NCBI GenBank assembly: GCA_046757165.1
Contig: JBHHXT010000142.1
Location: 1-12,409, forward strand
Origin: a bacterium
GTDB lineage: Bacteria; Zhuqueibacterota; Zhuqueibacteria; Oceanimicrobiales; Oceanimicrobiaceae
Length of the DNA stretch: 12,409 nucleotides
Direction of reading: 5' to 3'
Part shown: positions 7,072-12,409 of the stretch, in pieces
How the letters are laid out: the number at the start of each line of letters is the position of its first letter
Position numbering within the stretch: the stretch's first letter is position 1
The notes under the pieces: model-generated
Seen by the model: the letters and a program-made list of their open reading frames with translations, nothing else
The model's database searches: none
Told to the model about the DNA's origin: nothing
Position numbers and translations under genes: made by a program

Positions 7072-8172
7072 ATGGCAAAAGTCGTCCTGAATGAGATTTA
7101 CAAGCACTACAAAGACGTGACTGCGGTAAACGATCTGAGTATCGATATCAAAGACAAAGAGCTGATGGTTCTTGTTGGTCCTTCTGGATGCGGAAAGTCG
7201 ACAATCTTGCGCATGATCGCCGGTCTGGAAGAAATCAGCAAAGGGGAATTGTACATCGGCGAGCGGATGGTGAACCACATCCCCCCGAAGGATAGAGACA
7301 TCGCCATGGTTTTTCAAAACTACGCGCTCTATCCTCACATGACGGTGTTTGACAATATAGCCTTCGGCCTCAAGCTCAGAAAAGTTCCCAGGCCGGAAAT
7401 CAGGCAACGCGTGGAGAACGCTTGCAAAATTCTCGACATCAGCCATTTGCTCGATAGAAAACCAAAGGCGCTCTCCGGAGGGCAAAGGCAGAGAGTTGCT
7501 GTGGGGAGAGCTATCGTCAGAAATCCACAGGTTTTTCTTTTTGATGAACCCCTCTCCAACCTGGATGCCAAGTTGCGCGTTCAAATGCGTACCGAGATCT
7601 CGAAACTCCACAATCGTTTGCAAACCACGATGATCTACGTGACCCATGACCAGGTGGAAGCGATGACGATGGGAGACCGCATTGTTGTCATGAAGGACGG
7701 CGTTGTCCAGCAGGTCGATACGCCGCTGAATTTGTACAATTCTCCGGGAAACAAGTTTGTTGCAGGATTTATCGGCAGCCCGGCCATGAATTTGCTCGAG
7801 GGCAAGATTGTCCGCAACAACGGCCTTTGGTTTGACGAAGGGGGCCTGAAGGTTCGACTGCCACACCGACAGGAAGAAAAGCTGGCCCGATATGTGGACC
7901 GGGAGATTGTTTTTGGCATTCGGCCCGAAGATATTTACGAAGCTGATGTGACACACCTTGAAGAACGGGCCGAAGCTTCCATGACGGTGGAGGTTGTAGA
8001 ACTTATGGGAAATGAGAGCTATCTTTACGCGACGACGGGTCTGAATTCGATCATTGTAAGACTGAGGGCGGATTTGCGATCCTCTCCCGGGAGGCGGATT
8101 GATTTGGCCTTCGACATGGCCAAGACCCATTTTTTCGACAAAGACACTGAAGAAGCGATTGCCTTGAATTGA
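7072..8172 (+). CDS. Carbohydrate ABC transporter ATP-binding subunit (MalK/MsmX/UgpC family), 366 aa
   Basis: Walker A GPSGCGKS, Q-loop VFQNYALYPH, signature LSGGQRQR, Walker B FLFDEP, H-loop YVTHD, FVAGFIGSPAMN and C-terminal GIRPED (OB/TOBE region). Good SD. Confidence 0.96.
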   Translation: MAKVVLNEIYKHYKDVTAVNDLSIDIKDKELMVLVGPSGCGKSTILRMIAGLEEISKGELYIGERMVNHIPPKDRDIAMVFQNYALYPHMTVFDNIAFGLKLRKVPRPEIRQRVENACKILDISHLLDRKPKALSGGQRQRVAVGRAIVRNPQVFLFDEPLSNLDAKLRVQMRTEISKLHNRLQTTMIYVTHDQVEAMTMGDRIVVMKDGVVQQVDTPLNLYNSPGNKFVAGFIGSPAMNLLEGKIVRNNGLWFDEGGLKVRLPHRQEEKLARYVDREIVFGIRPEDIYEADVTHLEERAEASMTVEVVELMGNESYLYATTGLNSIIVRLRADLRSSPGRRIDLAFDMAKTHFFDKDTEEAIALN

Positions 8173-8258
8173 AAGCCGGGTTCTTCACGGGACTGACGTT
8201 CATCGTGCCACGCGATGTGACAATCCATATAGCGGCAACAACTTGAACGAACCATCAA

Positions 8259-8306
8259 ACCCCGTCAGGGGTGATATGTCAATGGCAGACGTGGCTGAAC
8301 GCCATT
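8259..8306. repeat. Two short hairpins between convergent genes (REP-like palindrome or weak terminator)
   Basis: ACCCC-GTCA-GGGGT at 8259-8272, and AATGGC...GCCATT at 8281-8306. No U-tract follows on either strand. Confidence 0.35.
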
Positions 8307-8360
8307 ATCCCAACCAGGACGACGGAAGACTACCAGATTACTGCTGCACGATCCCACAAG

Positions 8361-10835
8361 TCATCGATCCCGGTTGTCGTTTTGACTTCCAAGGGAATGA
8401 ATCGAAACGTCAGGTTCAGTCAGCGCTTTCTCCTCGTGCAGGGAGATTCTGATTTTTTTCTCACAATTGGCCTCCAAATCAAAACTGTTGTCCTCAATCG
8501 TTCCCTGCTTATTCAGCGCAATGTGAACGGATTTTGCAAAGGAGGAGGAGCGCAGGGTGAGCAGATAGGTTCCATCCTTGAGGGAGCAAAGTCTTTTCTC
8601 GAAAACCGGCACGGGCAAGCGAAGATGCTTGAATCTCTTGAAGAAGAGCCTGTTTTCGGAGGCCCGCTCGCCGTCGACCCATAGCTCGGCTATTAAGTAA
8701 GTGGACGCTTCATCCAGGTTCAGGTCCCTGAGCTCGACCCGGTGAATGTTGCAAGAGCAGTTTGGTTGCACCTCCGCAGTCACTTTCTCCTCGAATTTGC
8801 ACTCGCCGAGAAAAGACAGTGTTTTGAGAATGAGTACAGCCGAAAGGCGCCGGAGCGTGTCATTGATGACCCAGACAGAAATGTTCTCCATCTGGCGAAA
8901 CAGGGCCACCATAATGGGCTGAAATGCGCGTTTGACGCAAAAGTAGGCTGCTTTGGGTGTCAGCTCGCTGTCGATGAGCGACCAGCTTGCAACCGGCCAG
9001 CAGTCGTTGAGCTGCCAGACCAGGCTGCCGGCTGTTTGGAATTTGTTTCTGCGCCAGTGCTCGATGCAGCGCTTCAACGCCTCGCCCTGGACAAGCTGGC
9101 ATTTGTAGATAAAGTCCTGAAATGAGGACGGCATTTGCACATGACCAGCGAGGAAACGGAACAACCGTTCCTGACCTTCGACCTGTTTGTTGTGGAACTC
9201 GATGATCTCGTGCTGGGGGTGTCGATCATCCGGCAGGGTCACCCGTTCTAAAGTCGGAAGATTCGCTGGTGCCTGAAAGCCGAATTCAGAGATAAATCTA
9301 CTGTTATCGTTTTCAACGGTGGTGAAGTCCTGCCAGTGGCTCCAGATATCCCACTGGTGCTGGTTGCCTTTCTCCTGTGAATTTGGATCTGTTCCCCCGA
9401 AGGGTGAGCTTGGCCAGTACGGCCGCGTGGGGTCGAGCCTGCTGCAAATCCCGGGGATGAGCTCCTGAAACAAGCTGAGGCCTGGCATGTCCTCGTAAGA
9501 AACACGGGTAGACCCATACCACATCCACTCGCTTTCGTTGTTGCCACACCAGAGGACAATGCAAGGGTGGTTGCGCAGCCTTTTGACCACCGATTCAACT
9601 TCTTTGGCGACGTTGTGACGATAACCCTCGTACTCTGGGCAGGCGCCGCACGCAAACATAAAGTCCTGCCAAACCAACAACCCCATTTGGTCACACAGGG
9701 CGTAAAAAATGTCGTGCTCATAAACACCCCCGCCCCAGACGCGGATCATATTCATGTTCGCATCCTTTGCCATTTGCAGAAGCGTTTGGTAATGCTCCGG
9801 AGGCACGCGAGGCAGAAAATTATCAGCCGGAATCCAGTTTGCACCTTTGCAGTAGATTGGCACGTCGTTTATCCTGAACAGGAAAGATTCGCCGACGGGG
9901 TCTTTCCCCTGAACAAGCTCCAGTTTCCTGATGCCGAAATGCAATTCCCGGCTGTCCTGCGACTCTCCGTCCGCAAAGAGCTTCAGGTGCAAACGGTAGA
10001 GATGCTGGTCCCCATATCCTGCCGGCCACCACAATTTTGGACGTTCTATAGTGAATTGGACGGACTCCCGTTCTGTCTTGATGGCAACTTCTTTTCCGAT
10101 GTCGTCTACTTCAATGACCGCTTGAAAAGTCATACCATCTTGTGTAAACCGCTCCAACTCGATCTCGACATCCAGTGTCGCAGTTTGCAAGCCTTTATCC
10201 AGGGTCGGTCTTACCAGGGCATCTTTGATTCGAACGGTATTGAAGGCTTCCAGGTAGATGGACTTCCAAATGCCACAGGTCGGAAGGACAGGTCCCCAGT
10301 CCCACCCAAATGAATATTGTGCCTTGCGCATGTAGAGTCGGTGCGATTGGTGAGTTTCGCAAAGCACGCCGTGCTCTGCCTCGAGTCGTTTTCCGTGCAG
10401 GGTTGGAGAGCTGAAGCTAATGCACAGCTCGTTGCGCCCGGCTTTCAGGTACCTTTTGACCTCAAAGCGATGCGTGATGTGCATATTTTCTGTATGGGCT
10501 ACTTTCCGCCCATTGAGGAAGATGTCGGCAATGGTGTCCAGTCCCTCGGCCACCAGATGTATCGCATGGGTGGACAGGTGCTCTTCAGTCACCTGGAACT
10601 CTTTGCGATAAAGCCAGGTCGCTTTGTCCACCCACTGCGTTCGAAGCTCGTTGTCACGGTAAAATGGATCTTCAAGCAGTTGATTCGCTATCAGGTCGGT
10701 GTGGATTGTTCCAGGTACACAGCCTTTTAGCCACTGTCTCTCTGGAAATGCATCCTCCGGAATAAGGCATTGGTCGGAATTTTCTTTGTCCAGTCTGAAC
10801 TCCCATGAACCGTCGAGGTGAATTGTTTTTTTCAT
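8361..10835 (-). CDS. GH2 family beta-mannosidase, probably cytoplasmic, 824 aa from ATG 10835
   Basis: RKAQYSFGWDWGP, KGANWIP, NMIRVWGGG, WQDFMFAC, acid/base motif LWCGNNE, nucleophile motif SEFGFQA and WQLNDCWP. No signal peptide visible. Alternative TTG start at 10859. Confidence 0.92.
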   Translation of the reverse strand: MKKTIHLDGSWEFRLDKENSDQCLIPEDAFPERQWLKGCVPGTIHTDLIANQLLEDPFYRDNELRTQWVDKATWLYRKEFQVTEEHLSTHAIHLVAEGLDTIADIFLNGRKVAHTENMHITHRFEVKRYLKAGRNELCISFSSPTLHGKRLEAEHGVLCETHQSHRLYMRKAQYSFGWDWGPVLPTCGIWKSIYLEAFNTVRIKDALVRPTLDKGLQTATLDVEIELERFTQDGMTFQAVIEVDDIGKEVAIKTERESVQFTIERPKLWWPAGYGDQHLYRLHLKLFADGESQDSRELHFGIRKLELVQGKDPVGESFLFRINDVPIYCKGANWIPADNFLPRVPPEHYQTLLQMAKDANMNMIRVWGGGVYEHDIFYALCDQMGLLVWQDFMFACGACPEYEGYRHNVAKEVESVVKRLRNHPCIVLWCGNNESEWMWYGSTRVSYEDMPGLSLFQELIPGICSRLDPTRPYWPSSPFGGTDPNSQEKGNQHQWDIWSHWQDFTTVENDNSRFISEFGFQAPANLPTLERVTLPDDRHPQHEIIEFHNKQVEGQERLFRFLAGHVQMPSSFQDFIYKCQLVQGEALKRCIEHWRRNKFQTAGSLVWQLNDCWPVASWSLIDSELTPKAAYFCVKRAFQPIMVALFRQMENISVWVINDTLRRLSAVLILKTLSFLGECKFEEKVTAEVQPNCSCNIHRVELRDLNLDEASTYLIAELWVDGERASENRLFFKRFKHLRLPVPVFEKRLCSLKDGTYLLTLRSSSFAKSVHIALNKQGTIEDNSFDLEANCEKKIRISLHEEKALTEPDVSIHSLGSQNDNRDR

Positions 10836-10907
10836 AGATGCAAGGTCTTTCGATTTCAACAGTTAGTCGGTTTCGTCTGCACTGGCAGCATTCGGTTCAA
10901 TCTCCCT

Positions 10908-12353
10908 TCAGGAGGCAGTCAGCTCCTCGAGTAGCGCGTTCAGATCAACGATGGCAAAGCTGGTGGCGTAATCGGCGACTGCGTAGGGAAGGATCAGCTT
11001 CTTGCCATGAATGAGCCCCCCGCAACTGTAGACGACGTTCGGAACATAGCCTTCACGCTCGTCTTTATCGGCGCTGAGCAAAGGCTCCTTCAAGCGCCCG
11101 ATGACTTTGGTCGGATCATCCAGGTCGAGCAGAAACGCGCCGAGGGTGTATTTTCGCACCGGTCCGACGCCGTGGCTGAGAACCAGCCAGCCCGCCTCGG
11201 TCTCGATGGGTGAGCCACAATTTCCCAGTTGCACAAACTCCCAGGGCCGGGCCGGGCTGAGCAGGAGCTTCTTTGTGTGCCAAAAGTGAATGTGGTCTGA
11301 AAACATGATGTACATGTTCTCGTTGTCCTGGCGCGACAACATGGTGTAGCGACCCTTGATCTTGCGCGGGAACAACGCCATTCCCTTGTTCACGATTTCC
11401 TCTCCATGCAGCGTACTGATTTTGAAGTGAACAAAATCTTTCGTCTCCAAAAGCTGCGGCAGGATGACCTTGCCGTCATAGGCCGTATAGGTGGCATAGT
11501 ATGTCGAGCCATGGTCGTCAACAAGCTCCACAAAGCGCGCATCTTCAAGGCCATTCATTTCAGCACGTGAAGTTGGAAACAGAACGCGCTCGCAAAGAGG
11601 TTGCGTCCGCGAAAAGATGACTTCGTAGTTGGACTGTGCTAAGGACAGAATCCCGTTTGCGGTCTCCGTGTCAGCGGTGCGGCGGTCACTCTGGTGCAAA
11701 GCGGAGCGAACAGCTTGCTCGAGTTCAGCCCGAGTAAACGCCCGGGCTAACGCGCTCAGAACGCGGTCAGCAAAATCATTCTCAAAACCCAGTTCGAGAA
11801 GTTTCCGTTCAAAGGGAGCTTTTTCATAAGAAGAATCCGCAACGACTTCGGGTGTCGTGACAAACGGCGTGGGTTGGTCCATCACAATATGGCCGTCGGT
11901 ATCTATGATGCCCGAACGAAACGTAATCGAAGATATGTGACCTTCACCGGTAGCGCGCAAGCTGAGAATGAAACGGCGATGGCCCGGTGGCACGCCCGTC
12001 TGGTCGGGATGCCAAACCATGGAGGGATTGAACAGTGCAGCCGATTCGAGTGCGTATTCTTGCGCAAAATAGGCGCCTATCAACAGCTTGCGCTCCTGAC
12101 TGAGCGGCTGGCCCGGTGTCTGGGATTGCGTGACCTGTGCAAAACGCCTGAGGAAGAAATCCTGCAAATTGCGATGCCGTCCGCCGAATTCATCCAACAC
12201 CTGAACGATCTCATCCTTTACTTTTTCTTCCGGCAGGGCCAGAATTCTGGCGATGATTCTCGAGGTGCGTTCTTCGCTCGTCGGCTCGAAAGGCCGGAGC
12301 AGAACCCGCTTGCTGTCCGGTTCGAGCAGAACGTTTGTGCGGCTGATCTTCAT
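10908..12353 (-). CDS. GH130 family beta-mannoside phosphorylase/mannosidase, long type, 481 aa from ATG 12353
   Basis: ALFNPS, GLEDARF (catalytic Asp motif), YYATYTAYDG, NKGMALFPRKIKGRYTMLSR, GWLVLSHGV, LLDLDDPTKVIGR and EREGYVPNVVYSCG. The start is uncertain, with an upstream in-frame ATG at 12404. Confidence 0.88.
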   Translation of the reverse strand: MKISRTNVLLEPDSKRVLLRPFEPTSEERTSRIIARILALPEEKVKDEIVQVLDEFGGRHRNLQDFFLRRFAQVTQSQTPGQPLSQERKLLIGAYFAQEYALESAALFNPSMVWHPDQTGVPPGHRRFILSLRATGEGHISSITFRSGIIDTDGHIVMDQPTPFVTTPEVVADSSYEKAPFERKLLELGFENDFADRVLSALARAFTRAELEQAVRSALHQSDRRTADTETANGILSLAQSNYEVIFSRTQPLCERVLFPTSRAEMNGLEDARFVELVDDHGSTYYATYTAYDGKVILPQLLETKDFVHFKISTLHGEEIVNKGMALFPRKIKGRYTMLSRQDNENMYIMFSDHIHFWHTKKLLLSPARPWEFVQLGNCGSPIETEAGWLVLSHGVGPVRKYTLGAFLLDLDDPTKVIGRLKEPLLSADKDEREGYVPNVVYSCGGLIHGKKLILPYAVADYATSFAIVDLNALLEELTAS

Positions 12354-12409
12354 ATGGGTGTCATCGAGTGATTCGTTCAAAAAACAAAGTCTTCGGGAGC
12401 TCATCGGAG

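Noticed and set aside
7009..8130. 373-aa minus-strand ORF antisense to the ABC ATPase
   Set aside because: Shadow ORF on the reverse strand of a conserved ABC ATPase, with no independent motifs or RBS.
8243..8684. Plus-strand ORFs of 69 aa and 137 aa after the ABC gene
   Set aside because: They overlap the GH2 3' end antisense, use non-ATG starts and have no recognisable motifs.

Overview
Bacterial chromosomal window with seven protein-coding genes in four blocks. (1) A minus-strand prkA(yeaG)-yeaH(DUF444/vWA)-spoVR operon, 4746->32. (2) A divergent, intact comM/yifB AAA+ gene, 5235-6776. (3) A stand-alone MalK/MsmX-type sugar ABC ATPase, 7072-8172. (4) A convergent minus-strand pair, GH130 then GH2 beta-mannosidase, 12353->8361. 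All proteins belong to known families, and I see no transposase, integrase, CRISPR array, tRNA or rRNA. The unexplained structure is non-coding. Upstream of prkA, a sigma70-like promoter (5080-5051, minus) precedes a ~73-nt RNA ending in a strand-specific intrinsic terminator with a mutually exclusive alternative fold (candidate sRNA or attenuator), followed by more hairpins and a sigma54-like promoter. Between comM and the ABC ATPase, an 18-bp motif occurs four times in alternating orientation around a near-consensus sigma70 promoter, and a MITE-like inner segment has direct-repeat flanks. All calls were made by eye; no folding or database search was run.
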